Source of the DNA: Antedon mediterranea
Taxonomy: Eukaryota; Animalia; Echinodermata
NCBI RefSeq assembly: GCF_964355755.1
Contig: NC_092672.1
Coordinates: 20,039,237-20,103,236, forward strand
Reading direction: 5' to 3'
DNA: 64,000 bases
Part shown: one piece after another, positions 1 to 13,300 of the stretch
How positions within the stretch are numbered: the stretch's first letter is position 1
How the letters are laid out: every line of letters starts with the position of its first letter
Notes under the pieces: generated by a model
Told to the model about the DNA's origin: nothing
The model's database searches: none
What the model saw: only the letters and a program-made list of their open reading frames with translations
Program-made: the position numbers and the translations under genes

Positions 1-1358
1 CAGACAACAATGAATAAAAATAAACAAGAAATAATTGTTACTGTAAAAAAAGACTTTCTGAGATAACAGTTTTAATTATTGTTCTTTCTTCATTAAATGA
101 TATTTTCTAAATTGATATTCTATTTAATAATTTAAGAAATAAAGATTTATTATCAATTATTTTTGTTTAAAAATCAGTAGTAAACATTTTGTGTAACATA
201 AATATAGTTTAAATTACTATAGACTATAGTACTATGCATATTCTTAGTGGCATTACTCCCTAAGGTTGGAGTGACCCACTCATACCCACAAACATTTCAG
301 TGAACAAAAAATGTATAATTTTCCATGAGCCTTCGTTGTACAGCAGCAGCCGACAAACGTACACACTAATCAAACAATTGTCATCTATATACACCCCATT
401 CGGCAAAAATATTTACCATAGAGAAAGGATTGTTTTGACCATTATTCAATGATATATATGATGGTAATTATACTTGGCCTCTATGTTGACAGCCAAAACA
501 CAGTTATTGTTTATTGAACATAGGTCTTACAAACTAATGTCTGCATACTGTACATATCTCAAAGACCCTCTGTGGGCATGCCCAGTTTGAGTTTACAAAT
601 TCCCATTTAGACTTTCTTACCAGACGTGCTTTGGGGTGTGCTCATGCCCAGTTTGTGTTTCTAAATACCCATTTTTTCAGCCTCAGTAATCTATTATAAG
701 CTTCCGCATGGCTAATGCTTCCGTTCTCTTGAATGTAACTGCCTAAAGGACTGGTGCGAAAATTATTGTTTACTTTTGAAAATTAACTTTTTTATTTCTT
801 TTATTTACTGAAGTATAAAAAATGTTGATGGGATAAGCAATGATTATGGAACATACAGCACTTTATTTGTTTATTGGTATACTCCTGGTGAGCATGGTCT
901 ACTATGAAAGTTTTAGCCTCAGTGAATATTATTCACATCCTATACACAATATATTGAACTTTTTGTCTTCAATGTTCATCAAAATAATATATTAATATCA
1001 GATTATTTATTTTTGTTTTAAATTAGTTATATAGGATTTATATAATTTTTTATTAGATAATTGTTAGTTGCATTAAATTTGTTTGAAATGTCAGTATGTA
1101 TACATATGAATAAATAATGTTTATTATTTCTTTTATAATTACTGTATAAAGTCTTATTTCCAGTGATTGTTTTTGTTATATCCTTGAAATAAAAAGAATA
1201 TAACATTTTTTTTGGTGTAAATTTTAATCATTTTAATAAGTCAATTCAATAAATATAAAACACAAATAATAAAGATGTAATAAAATCTATTAAAATGTAT
1301 AAATTTTAATATTTTTTACATTGATATGATTTGTTTGGCATCAGCCAAACCTTCACCC

Positions 1359-3546
1359 CTCCTAACGGGGTTTTATTTCCACAATATTTAGGCCTCTGGA
1401 CCTTATATCTTACATACAAATCATACGATAATATTTTCTGGTTGGGTTACAAAATAATATTTTCTATTTTCGTAAGCTAAATAAACAAAATTTGCTAAAT
1501 CTTGGACTACTCTAGTGTTGCACATTAAAAAATAAAACTTATTTAAACAAGGGAACGTGTGATAAAAATTAGGAATATATAAGTTTCTGAGTTCGGAATA
1601 ATATGGACAGACTAACATAAAATGAAATTCGTCTTCAATAGAATTCATATTGCATAATTTAGATAAACGGTTTTGTAGTGGGATTTTGTTCCATCTTCCC
1701 TTTTCTATTTCCAAATCTAACACTCCTAAACGAAATTTTGTGAATATATTTTTACGTTTCCAATCTTTTAAGTGTAACAAATGATAACTTATTTCAATTT
1801 TCGTTTTAAAATACTTAAAATATTTTAGTTTTGAATGTAAAGAAAATTGTTCAGAATATTTTTGTTTTTCTAAATCAATCAGTCGTAATTTAAATTCTTT
1901 AATAAATAATTTCTTGTCTTCAATCATTTGATTGTACCAAACATAACCAAAGCCGGTTGAACAAAGTAAATGTTTTACCTGACTAGCCCAACAATATTCA
2001 TTTCTGTTAATTTTTCTTAACTGAAAACTGTAACATTTAAAAATAAATCTATTTTTATCCATGTCAATAATATGCAACCAAAAACGAATAATTGAAATTA
2101 AACAATCGACATGCAAGGAAACTCTGCCTAATTCTGTAGTTACGGCTGCGCTAGGGGCACTTTTTCCAATGTTCAAAATAAACCTCGCAAAACGCGTGTG
2201 GAAATTATTAATAATTATTTGGTTAGAAAACCCCCATATTTCACTGCCGTAAATTAAAATTGGTAATATTTTTGTGTCAAAAATATAATTCCATGTATTT
2301 TCTGGTAAATATTTCATATTTCGACTAATAAAAGATTTAACGGAAAATAACGCGTTGTTTGCTTTTTGACAATTATACTCAAGTGCTTTGTTCCACTGGC
2401 CATTTGAACTAAATACCACTCCTAAATAATTATAAGTCGTAACAACCTCCATTTGAATATTCCTGTAATACCATTTTTCAAAATATTTTAGTTTCCCACC
2501 CTTTTTAAATACCATTATTTTTGATTTATTTATGTTTACACTGAGACCCCATGTGTCACAAAAATGTTCGAGTTTATTTATTACAATTTGTAAGCCCCTT
2601 ACCGTATCTCCAAATAATACTAAGTCATCAGCGTATAATAAATGATTGATAAAGCTGTCTTCAACTTGTATTTTGTCGCTATCTCTACTCTGATTTAGAT
2701 CATAACTTAAATCATTCATAAATATGTTGAAAAGTAAAGAGGATAAAGGTGAACCTTGTTGTATTCCAATAGAACAGTCAAATGGAAATGTCACTTTGTT
2801 ACCAATTTTTACATGTGCAGACAAATTGTTATACATAGACTGAATTATATTGTACATATATATACCATTTACACCTATTAGTTTTAATTTAAGTAAAAGA
2901 AAACTATGATTTATACTATCGAAGTCACGCTTGAGATCAATGAAACAGCAGAATACCCTACCTCGTTTTTTACTTAAATATTTTGCAATGATACTATTTA
3001 AAATAAAAATATTGTCGAATGTGCGAAAACCCTTACGAAAACCTGCTTGCTCTTGATAAATAATGTTGTTATTTTCAGTGAAGTGGTCTAATCTTGATTT
3101 AAGGATGTGTAACAAAATTTTGCCAAGTATCGGAATAAGAGCAATGCCTCTGTAATTTTCTGGCTTATTCTTTTTGCCCTTTTTGTAAATAGGAATTATC
3201 ATGCTCGTCGCCCATTGTGTTGGGAATTGGCCCAACTGAAAAATTGAATTAAAAATAAGTTTTAAATTATCAAATAATAAATTGGGTGCATTTAAGATAT
3301 ATTCTAAAAACATACCATCCATACCAGGAGATTTTCCTGATTTCTGCATTTTCAATGCTTGTTTGATTTCACCCAAGTCAATTTCTGAATTGAGGTTATC
3401 GTTTTCGTTAACAATGTTATGTACTATTTCGTCTGTAACTTTGTTAACTGGCTCGGGGGTTCAAACAGTGATTGGAAATGATCTCGCCATTCGTTAATTG
3501 TTATTTCAGAAGTTATTGTTTGTTTATGAGTTTTTAATTTTGACCA
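1359..3546 (-). mobile_element. 5'-truncated non-LTR retrotransposon (RTE-X/Daphne-like), RT plus C-terminal Cys/His motif
   Basis: ORF 1421..3376 has KSPGMDG, NYRGIAL, QQGSPLS, YADD and EDEFHFMLVC; AATAAA near 1371 on the minus strand; 12-bp direct repeat aaaccttcaccc at 1347-1358 and 3547-3558. Confidence 0.9.
1421..3376 (-). CDS. LINE ORF2 reverse transcriptase (partial, endonuclease missing)
   Basis: 651-aa ORF with non-LTR RT motifs. Confidence 0.9.
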   Translation of the reverse strand: MGEIKQALKMQKSGKSPGMDGMFLEYILNAPNLLFDNLKLIFNSIFQLGQFPTQWATSMIIPIYKKGKKNKPENYRGIALIPILGKILLHILKSRLDHFTENNNIIYQEQAGFRKGFRTFDNIFILNSIIAKYLSKKRGRVFCCFIDLKRDFDSINHSFLLLKLKLIGVNGIYMYNIIQSMYNNLSAHVKIGNKVTFPFDCSIGIQQGSPLSSLLFNIFMNDLSYDLNQSRDSDKIQVEDSFINHLLYADDLVLFGDTVRGLQIVINKLEHFCDTWGLSVNINKSKIMVFKKGGKLKYFEKWYYRNIQMEVVTTYNYLGVVFSSNGQWNKALEYNCQKANNALFSVKSFISRNMKYLPENTWNYIFDTKILPILIYGSEIWGFSNQIIINNFHTRFARFILNIGKSAPSAAVTTELGRVSLHVDCLISIIRFWLHIIDMDKNRFIFKCYSFQLRKINRNEYCWASQVKHLLCSTGFGYVWYNQMIEDKKLFIKEFKLRLIDLEKQKYSEQFSLHSKLKYFKYFKTKIEISYHLLHLKDWKRKNIFTKFRLGVLDLEIEKGRWNKIPLQNRLSKLCNMNSIEDEFHFMLVCPYYSELRNLYIPNFYHTFPCLNKFYFLMCNTRVVQDLANFVYLAYENRKYYFVTQPENIIV

Positions 3547-3711
3547 AAACCTTCACCCACTTTAAAGACAGGCTTGAGCTATCCAGTGAGGTATGAAAAT
3601 GGTCATGGTATTTCTACAAACTGTCCATTTGATCTAACAAATTAAAAAAATGAAAACATGTTTATACATATATCTGTTATGTGGTTCAAAAAGATGTCTA
3701 AAATTTATCTA

Positions 3712-3815
3712 TTTTAGTCGTGTGCAACGTGACTCTACAGCTCACTATGTTGGTCGGTCGGTGAACACTAACTCAAATTTGCGCACACGACTGCAGCCAT
3801 GTATATGACCTTGTT
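3712..3815 (+). mobile_element. Short Helentron-associated (HINE/DINE-like) element
   Basis: Subterminal inverted repeat agtcgtgtgc/gcacacgact, (GTCG)n microsatellite, 3' gcc...ttgtt end, T-rich flanks; second copy at 28878. Confidence 0.6.
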
Positions 3816-4299
3816 TTTTTATCAGATTAAACTCAACATTAATATTGTTCAGGGAAAATTTTCATTTAAAAATTTTGTTTAGCAATATTGCTAATCAAAC
3901 TGATTTTTAAGTCGAGAAACATAGTTTTGTATAGTATTTTTTGCTACACAATTTTCAAAATGTGTAGCAATAAGGTTGTTTTGTATAGCTTTTTGCTATG
4001 CTACACTGGCGAAAATGTTCCCTGGAAACAATCAATGTTTAGACTAATGTGTGTACGTCAAACCTCTTAAAACGGACAATGTTTTGTTGGTACACTAACA
4101 AATCTTTCTTTAGAATAGTGCAGGCCATTATCTCTGATAATATAAAATAATAGATTTGCATTACATACAAAATAATAACCATGTGCAAGGCTTCCAATTG
4201 AAATGAAAGTACCAAAGCAATCGATAAAATAGGATATGCTACACTCACAATAACTTGTACTAGCTAATGCCACCATCACACCATAGAGCAATGAACTAT

Positions 4300-6927
4300 T
4301 TCTTTGTTCTATGATCGCACAAAGGATAATTTAAATATATTGAATTCCTCATTTTTGGAGATTTCAACCTGCCCGAAATTAATTGGAGTAGCAACCCTTA
4401 TTCTGCTCCAGCTCAGTCCATGGGAGAACACTTACTTGATGTATTGCTTTCTAGCTGTGGCCTATTTCAATGCAATACGTACTGTACAAGAATGGATAAA
4501 ATGCTTGATCTTGTTATTTGTAGTAAAAACATTTCCGACAAAGTCTATACTGCCAACGATATTTTTTTATCTGACCACTCATCTTTGAGAATTGATTTCC
4601 GTTTAAATTTTGATGTTAAATGTAGTAATGATAATTTGAATCGTAAAAGTATAATTTACAATTTTAAAGCACTTGATGTCAATAATCTATGTAATACTCT
4701 TAACTGTGTTCCATGGAGTGTCTTAATTGATTTTGAAGGTGATTTAAATGAAGCTTTGGATATGTTTTATAATTTGTTAAATGCTGCCGTCAATGACACA
4801 GTGCCTAAAATTAGAAAGCGCAGAAAGCTTCCTCCGTGGTTTGACAATGAGTTGAGAAGTGCGCTTCAACTCAAAGAAAAGTATTATAGATATCTGAAAA
4901 AAAATAATAATCGGTTAGCCCAAAGTAATTTCAAATTTGCTCGCGCGTCTTTTAAAAAAATGTGCAATAAAAAGTACAAAGATTACTTGGACTCTTTGGC
5001 TAAGCAAATTGTCACTAACAGTAAAAGATTCTGGAGCTGGATGAAAACTAAATACAAGTCAAATAATCTTCCTTCTGTCATGAGTCACGATAACATTTCA
5101 TTCCAGTCTAATTATGATAAAGCTACCACATTTAATTCTTATTTTCATTCTTTTTTCAGTGAGCCTTCTCCGGATGTTCCCCGGTACTATCCAGGTCTTC
5201 CTGACTATGCGGTGGATAACTTAAGTTCTCTGTCTGTGAATCAGCATTCTGTGGAAAAGGCACTTAGTAACATTGATATCAATAAAGCTACTGGCATTGA
5301 TCAGATTAGTAACGTTGTCTTAAAGGGTGCCTCCTCCTCACTCTCTTATCCGCTTTGCAAATTGTTTCAGCTATCTATTAATTCTGGGGTTTTTCCTTCA
5401 TCTTGGAAACACGCTAATATTGTCCCAATTCACAAGAGTGGTCCCAAAAAACTAATCTGTAACTATCGTCCTATTTCGTTATTGCCTACTATGTCTAAGA
5501 TTTTTTAGCGCATTGTGCATGATGGTTTGTCATCACATGTTGCTAATGCTTTAAGTCCTAGGCAGCATGGTTTTGTCTCTGGGAGATCATGTCAAACCAA
5601 CCTCGCACTGCTTCTTGCTACATCATACGATGCAATTAACAGCAAGAAGCAGTGCGATGTGATTTACACTGATTTCTCTAAGGCTTTTGATTCCGTTTCC
5701 CATGATTTGCTTATTTTTAAACTTTCTAAATTTGGTTTATCCGGTTCACTGTTAAGTTGGTTTAAAAGCTATTTAACTAATAGACAACAGCGTGTTGTCA
5801 TTGGGGGAGAGGCATCTGATTGGCTCCCTGTGTTATCGGGCGTTCCGCAGGGCTCGATCCTGGGCCCGCTTTTGTTTAATTTATTTATCAACGATCTTCC
5901 TTTAAAATTTAATCATTCCGAGTCTCTTTTATTTGCTGACGATCTGAAATTGTTTAAAGTGATTACCACTCCACAGGATGCTTTTTCACTTCAGGAGGAT
6001 CTGGATGGTCTCGTGGAATGGACGGAGAAGTGGGGGATAAAACTTAATGCTAATAAATGCAAATATTTATCTATAACACTTAAAAAAAGGCCTGTGCTCT
6101 TCAATTATAATCTGAGTGGACATGATCTTGAGATGGTTTATGTATGGAAAGACTTAGGTATTTTTATTGATAGTAAATTAAATTTTTGTTCACATATTAA
6201 TCATGTGTTGTCAAAAGCTAATAGAATGATGGGCTTAATATGGAGAAATTGTAGGTTTATGAACGACGGCAGGGCACTTTTATCTTTATACAAATCTATT
6301 ATACGTCCTCACCTTGAATATTGTTCCGCAATTTTCAATTCAATTTCTCCATGTCAGGCCCGTCGAATCGACACTGTTCAACGGAAGTTTGTTCGATTCC
6401 TGTCTTATAACTGTGTTAATTTTGCCTTTTCCATTGATTCTGTCAGCAATCGTCGAACGATATCTGATATGGTTTTTTTATATAATATTTTAAATTCTAA
6501 ATATGACTGTTCATTAATTTCACTATTTAGTTTAAATGTTCCTGGTCGTACACGAAATAGACATTTATTGCATATTCCTTTTAGCCGTGTCGACTGTACT
6601 AAGAGGGGACTTTTCCATAGACTACCTTATACATTTAATAATCTAAATAGCAATCATATCGATATTTTTAATGATAGACTTGGTTATTTTAAGAGGACGA
6701 TGATATGTTCACTTCTTGAACAGTCTGCATAACCTGTTTTAATTGAAATTATTTATGGCATGCCAATCTATGTTTTATATATATATATACAGTATATATT
6801 TTATCTGTATTTTATTGTTAACCGTTTTTGATGTTGTATTGCTTTATGTTTCAAACCTGTTAGTGGCGGTATTTATCGCTGTTGGTTTTGATTGAATAAA
6901 ATAAAATAAAATAAAAATAAAAATAAA
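4300..6927 (+). mobile_element. CR1-clade LINE, 5'-truncated, one nonsense mutation
   Basis: GDFNLP and SDH endonuclease motifs; RT motifs PQGS, FADD, RPHLEY; ORFs 4420..5508 and 5515..6732 share one frame split by TAG 5506-5508; (AATAA)n tail 6895-6927; 5' limit approximate. Confidence 0.9.
4420..6732 (+). pseudogene. CR1 ORF2 (partial APE endonuclease plus RT) with an in-frame stop
   Basis: SKIF*RIVHD where the RT consensus is SKIFERIV. Confidence 0.88.
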
Positions 6928-7266
6928 CATGCCCCTGAAAGTAAAAGTTTGTACACCAAACCAATCCAGTAGTTTAATATTTAAACAATATTAAATAAAA
7001 AAAAAGTTAATTAATTTAAATACCAGGCAACAACATTTTTATGTAAAAACTGGAATAATAATAAAAATGTATACAAAAGTAGAAATAAAATTTAAAAAAG
7101 CTAATTTGATAGTATTTGTGTGCATTGCGTATATGATCACACACACAGCAAATACAAGTTACAAATTGAATTTGAAAATTGACACTTAATGGATGTATAA
7201 TTATATAAAATATTAATTAACCAATAAATATGTAAAAGATGTAACTTGTATGATTTTATATTTTAG

Positions 7267-7365
7267 GGTGGAGAATCAGCTTTGCATTGGGCAGCTAAGG
7301 CAGGTCACTCAGCCTGCTGTAACCTGCTGGTTGATGCAGGGTCAGACATCAATATCCAAGACATA
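7267..7365 (+). CDS. Exon 1 in window: canonical ankyrin repeat
   Basis: ttttag|GGT...ATA|gtaagt; 99 nt, phase 0-0; GGESALHWAAKAGHSACCNLLVDAGSDINIQDI. Confidence 0.9.
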
Positions 7366-10300
7366 GTAAGTTATACATTCTTTCATAGTCATATTTTTTG
7401 ATATTTTGTATTTTAAATATAATGATCTTTTGAATAATAATATCTGCATGTTATAATGCTATTTAATGTTTTTATTTAACTGTATTGATGCTAGAATTGG
7501 CATTATTTGAAGTTTTTCAATATATTTTTTTCTCTGATATTTAGTCATAAAAATTGCTATGACACTATACATTTTGTCATGTTTAAACATTTCCATTGAA
7601 CTCTTTATAAACAATAAAAACTACAGCAACATACTATTGAAATATAATCCTTATTCCAAAGTGTAGATAATTAAGTCGGAATTATGTACACTTCTATTAC
7701 ACAAAATTTCAATTTTTTTTAGTTCATTTTCACAAAACTGTTTAATAACTTTTGAAACACTATGATTCTACCTATATATCACATAGAGGTACAAATGATC
7801 AAAGATGCTAGTTGATAGACATATAGACTGTATTCATTTATTTTATAATTATTATCATACTCATTTGCCTTTATTCCTTTCAACAACATCACCACCAACT
7901 CCAACCACCTCCTGGTTATAGTAACCACCACCAATCCCAAGAATGATGATGCAGAATTTGGTTGAGAGCTAAAGTGATCTTTTAATACACACCACAATTA
8001 TAGTTCTTTGTTATTAGGTTGTAATTATTTTTTCCATATACAATATAAGATACAGATAGTATATCTGCCACATTTATTCTTTCTTTATACTCAGGATTAA
8101 CAAACATAAATAAAACTGAAATAGCGGCACAAATATAATTTTTGTAAGTTATTTACCGTACCTAGTTTTTAACAAATCACCTTACATAATAATTACAGTA
8201 TCAAACCACCATTACAATGTCATACAAAATGAAAAAATAAACAAATCATCATTAGCATAACTAGGTGATGATTGATCCATAGCAATATTTTTAGTCTATT
8301 TAAAAAAATGTTTATTTCTTAAAATTTATTTAGATATACATACACACATAGTAAATTATAGTAAACAAAAAATAAATGGAAATTGTTTAACACTAAACAA
8401 CCTACATTAGAGGTGAAATACCACTAAGAAACACAAGAAAGCTGAACTTAGACTTAAATGTTCTACACAACTGTAACAAGTTCAGAGTGTATCCAACATT
8501 TAACATTATGACATATTTTAGACCACTGACAATGGTGATCACCAGTGCTTCGCAAAGTCTGCAGTTGCACTTTATATCATGTTTTATTCATTGATATTTA
8601 TCTCCATCATCCAACTTTATCAAACAAAACTTTTTTGAGGATAAACATACAGTAGCTATATTTAAGGTTCAACTTTAATCATTTTAAAAAGTTTAACATT
8701 TTCTAACATTAATGTTAAAAGATTACTTTTAAAAGAACTTATATTATAATTTCAATTTTCAGTACAAGCTATTTAACAATTTAAAAAAAATATATGCCAA
8801 GTTATTGTAGCATAACTTTATATTTTAATCAATGGATGTAAATGACTTTGCATTATATAAATGTATTACAATTGTCTTCATTGTTGTAGATTCTATTTCA
8901 GCACAACCTTTTTTTAAAACTAATATTGACCTTGGTTCATCCTTGTTTCAGTTTGATGGTCCTACCTTTTCAATAGAATTACATTCATGTTCAGAGAGTA
9001 AATTAAGATTTATCTCCTTTAAAAATTAAATTTAATAAAACTATATCCCATAACAATTTTCCTATGAATAAATAAATGGAATTATTCTTAGTTTATTGAT
9101 TTGATTCAGACCAATTTCATACACATTTAGCAATATTTTTTTCATTTTTTAACTAATAATATGCATAGAAAATGTTTATTTTACAACTACAATACCTCAT
9201 AGTAATTCATTTATTTACTTTTTTATGGCTTTAACTAGTTGAATTCTCTCATGGTACCAATATAAAGTCTTAATTGGCAATAAATTTCTATTGATCATAC
9301 ATTCTAATAGTTAATGTTTCATAATTTTTGTGATTTTATTGTGTTACAATAAAGGAAAAATAAACAGTGTGGGAAAAAATATTATCAGATGACTAAATAT
9401 ATGTAATATAACGTTTTAATACATTTCTGGTGTTTTTGTGCAACTTCACATTTTTATTTTTGTGCTATAGTTTTTAGTAGTAAACTAAATTTATCTTCCC
9501 ATTTCCACCCTCTAAGACAGAATAGTCCAACTTCCCTTCCCCTGTAGTAGAGCACCGTATCAAGAATGTTAAATAACAGACAAGAGACATAAAATTGCTT
9601 GTCTACATACACTTTATTCACAGTACACATTTGGCTGAATGCATATAACAACATTACTATAAGCCCAACAACTGGGAAACCTTTAACACGTGGCTTACCT
9701 TTCATCGGTCATGCTTTTTTAACAACCTACCTTAAACCCCTGCGTTAGCGGCTAAGGTAACACCAACCCAGCGAATGCTATGCAGTCCAAATAGATACTT
9801 ATTGTACCCACATCTTCGTAAAATATCCTTAAACAGCACGGCAGCGTGAATAGGACATCTTGCTAGTGGCATGTGGCTACTAGTCGATTTCACTGACTAA
9901 ATAGTGCTAATGTAGTTCCATGCCTTCTACTCTCTATATCAGCATGTATAAAGACCCAGGTATCGTGTCCAACAATAATGTCCAACCACCAATAGTTCTT
10001 GATAGTTCAAACACTGAATTATTTAATATTTTAAATAAACTAAAATTTACACTATGTAGTATTTTTGTAAAAATTAAAAATAAAATATGCACTAAATGTT
10101 AATTTTCCTTTTACCTAAACCTTGTATTATTTTAGGTAAATACAGAATTTCATTTACAGTATTGTGGTACAAAACTATGGAACAATCAAGTCCTTCTGTT
10201 TCTGAATTATTTCTTGTAATGTTAAATCTTTGATTAGTTTTACACCTTTTCACCTTCTGTCAATTATTTAAGAATTACTGACATTCAGTGATTGAAGTTT

Positions 10301-13300
10301 CTCCTTCATCCATAGTTGCCATTTCTGACATTATTATGCTTTTTGGCATTATTTAGAGGCCCATGGCATCTGGCATAATGCCGCGGCATTATTTAGCCGT
10401 TTTTAGCATAATCTGGCATAATTTTGTGTTTTTTGAACAACCAAAAAAATAATATACCACAGAACAAAAATAAAATATTTTGTTTAATCTTGCAATTTAA
10501 TACATATCACCTTACACAATATCATAAAACAAAACAAAACAGATCTGTTCGGGTTTTCCGTACAATAGTTCTTCCATCCTTTTGTTTCGGACTTAAATAG
10601 ACTCTTCGGATAGGAAGGCTGCTCGAAAACTACCGTGTCTGCGATATAGGCAGCACAACAAATCCGAAGAGGCTAGCTATTGGCCAATTATGTTGCTCTA
10701 TTTCAGAGACCATGCAGGTTATTGGATCCCCAGATATAGAGACAATTGAACGAAAACATTATGAAAGGGGCTTTGTTGTTTCAGTTCATAATTATAAGTG
10801 GCCGCACCCCTACCCCAACCCTTAAAATGGCAATTTCCAGTAACTAATTAGAAGCTCTAATTTTAAAAAGAATTTCTTCTAGGAGAATTTGTTTTCCATA
10901 TTTCAAATTATGTTCCATTTGCATCGTCGTAGCAACCCTATTTTTCCAAATGTTCTTCACCTCTCAGCCCCAGTAGTGACCATGTGGGCGAGGTAATTTT
11001 TATTTAAAATTAAGTGCCATTTCCGCCCATCGAGCAGCTCTATTTTTCCATTTTTTTTTACCTCACCCTCAACCATGGTGGGGCTGAGGTCCTGGAGACA
11101 CTTGATATATATTTTTATTTTCTATTTTAAATTATAATTGCCATTTTCAAAACTATAATGGGCTAAGATCCTGGAGGTTCTAATAAATATATTTCTATTT
11201 CATATTTGAAATTAAGTGCCATTTCCGCCCATTGAGCAGCTCTATTTTTCCCAATTTTCTTCCTTCAGCACCAGCCATGGTGAAGCTGGGGTCCTGGAGA
11301 CACTTAATATATATTTTGATTTCCTATTTTCAATTATAATTGCCATTTTCGAACTATGGTGGGCTAAGATTCTGGAGACACTAATAAATATATTTTTATT
11401 TCATATTTTAAATTAAGTGGCATTTCCGGACATCAGCATTTTTCAAAATTTTCTTATCAACCATGGTGGGGCTGAGGTCCTGGAGACACTTAATATATAT
11501 TTTTATTTCCTATTTTAAATTATAATTGCCATTTTCTAATTATGGTGGGCTAAGATCCTTTCATATTTGAAATTAAGTGCAAAGATCAAGCAGCTCTCAT
11601 ATCTGCTAAAAAATTCTAAATTTCCATGGCTGTAACAGGTTTTTTTTTGGGGGGGGGGGGGTGGGGCGGGGGAGAAGGGTTCGTGGGTTGGTGTTTGTTT
11701 CATTTGCAATTACCATTTTCGCACCCCAGATATTTTTAGAATTATTAGTTATTACTCACAAAACTAAAAATACAATTTTTGAACGACATAGGGATACAAT
11801 TTAGGCCCTATTTTGTGTCAGTTGGGGTTTTACAAACGTTTATTAGACATACAACCGTTGGTGGCGCTGTTTAGGGCCAGATTTTGGGGATCTGGCATTA
11901 TTTTTCCCAATCTGGCATTATTTGAGACAGGATACGGCATAATTTAAATTTTATCGCTGGCAACGCTGCCTTCATCTAATGTTCAAGCTGTATTGTTATA
12001 ATGTTTTTTTTATTGAAAATTTTCCTATAATTTCACACATAAATTAATGTGAAAATGGCAAAAACATCAAAATTTGGATAATTGACCGTTGCCATGGCAA
12101 CGGAGGCTAAAAAATAAATGAATGTTGTAGATATGCTTTTTATTGAAATGTCTATTCATGGTAAAAATTTGAGAGAAATCCATTTTTTTACATCTGGCAC
12201 CAAATCTTTGATTTTTACAGACAATGGCTCTTAAAGTTTAGTTAGCAAAGTTCAAAAGGATGAATTAAAACACCTATTAAAAACCTTAAAGACCCCTTCC
12301 CTGCAATTTTGGACGTTTTTTGGAAAATAATACATATATATCACTTTAAAAACATTAAACCATGTCATTCCTTGTCTTAAATGTACGTTTTATGGTAAAT
12401 TATGATAAAAAGTGAGAAACAATGCACTACCTAAGTAGCTCGCGGCGATCGACCTCTCGTGGACGGTCTTAGGCCTAGCCTAGCTAGGCTTAGTTTTGTA
12501 GGCCTAGCTGGTAAACATCGGTAACGTACGAACATCGTACGCGAGCTATATACCTAGCCTAACGTTTTATAGTTGCTGCATTAATTGTCTTTCTATTTTT
12601 GCCAGACTCCGTTGATACAAATTGGGGAAAACCCGGTATTTTCGCTGAAAAGTTAGGAGTCTTCCATTTGTTTTGGCCTCACGATCGATCGAAAAGTGGG
12701 CGAATTACAGGTGAAAAACAAAAATATCAATCCGCGCGCAATGCATTTTGGGATTTATAGCGGGCCGCTATAATTATTAGAATCGACTTATTTTTCACAT
12801 TTTTAACCGTTTAGAGACCAAAAAAGTTATCGCAATAGGACCATATAGTATTATTTTTACATTAAATATAGTTTGTGATCTTAAATTAGATCTAAAAAAC
12901 GTAGGGAATGGGGCTTTAAAAAGAGGCTACAAGGATGCTTGTTTTTCTTGTCTTACCATTATTGAATAAATGTTATTAAATTGAAATTAAATTGAATTGA
13001 ATTCACAACCACCACATATTTAATATACATTAATGACAAAATATGATGTTTTAATTAAGTTTAACTAAAAATGAAAAACTACAATGTGTATTCCATGCGT
13101 ACTGTACATCCATTTTTTATTGTTGCAAAGTTTCAAAATGACGCAATGAACTTTACTCTGTCCATTGGATTGAATGTTAAATTGACCAAATATAAGTCCT
13201 GATAATGAACAGAACAGAGTATGCTCATAAGCATGCACAGATTAATATTTTGTGTAGATTACCGTATCCTTTCATTTACCGTCCCCTTTGTCTACCATCC

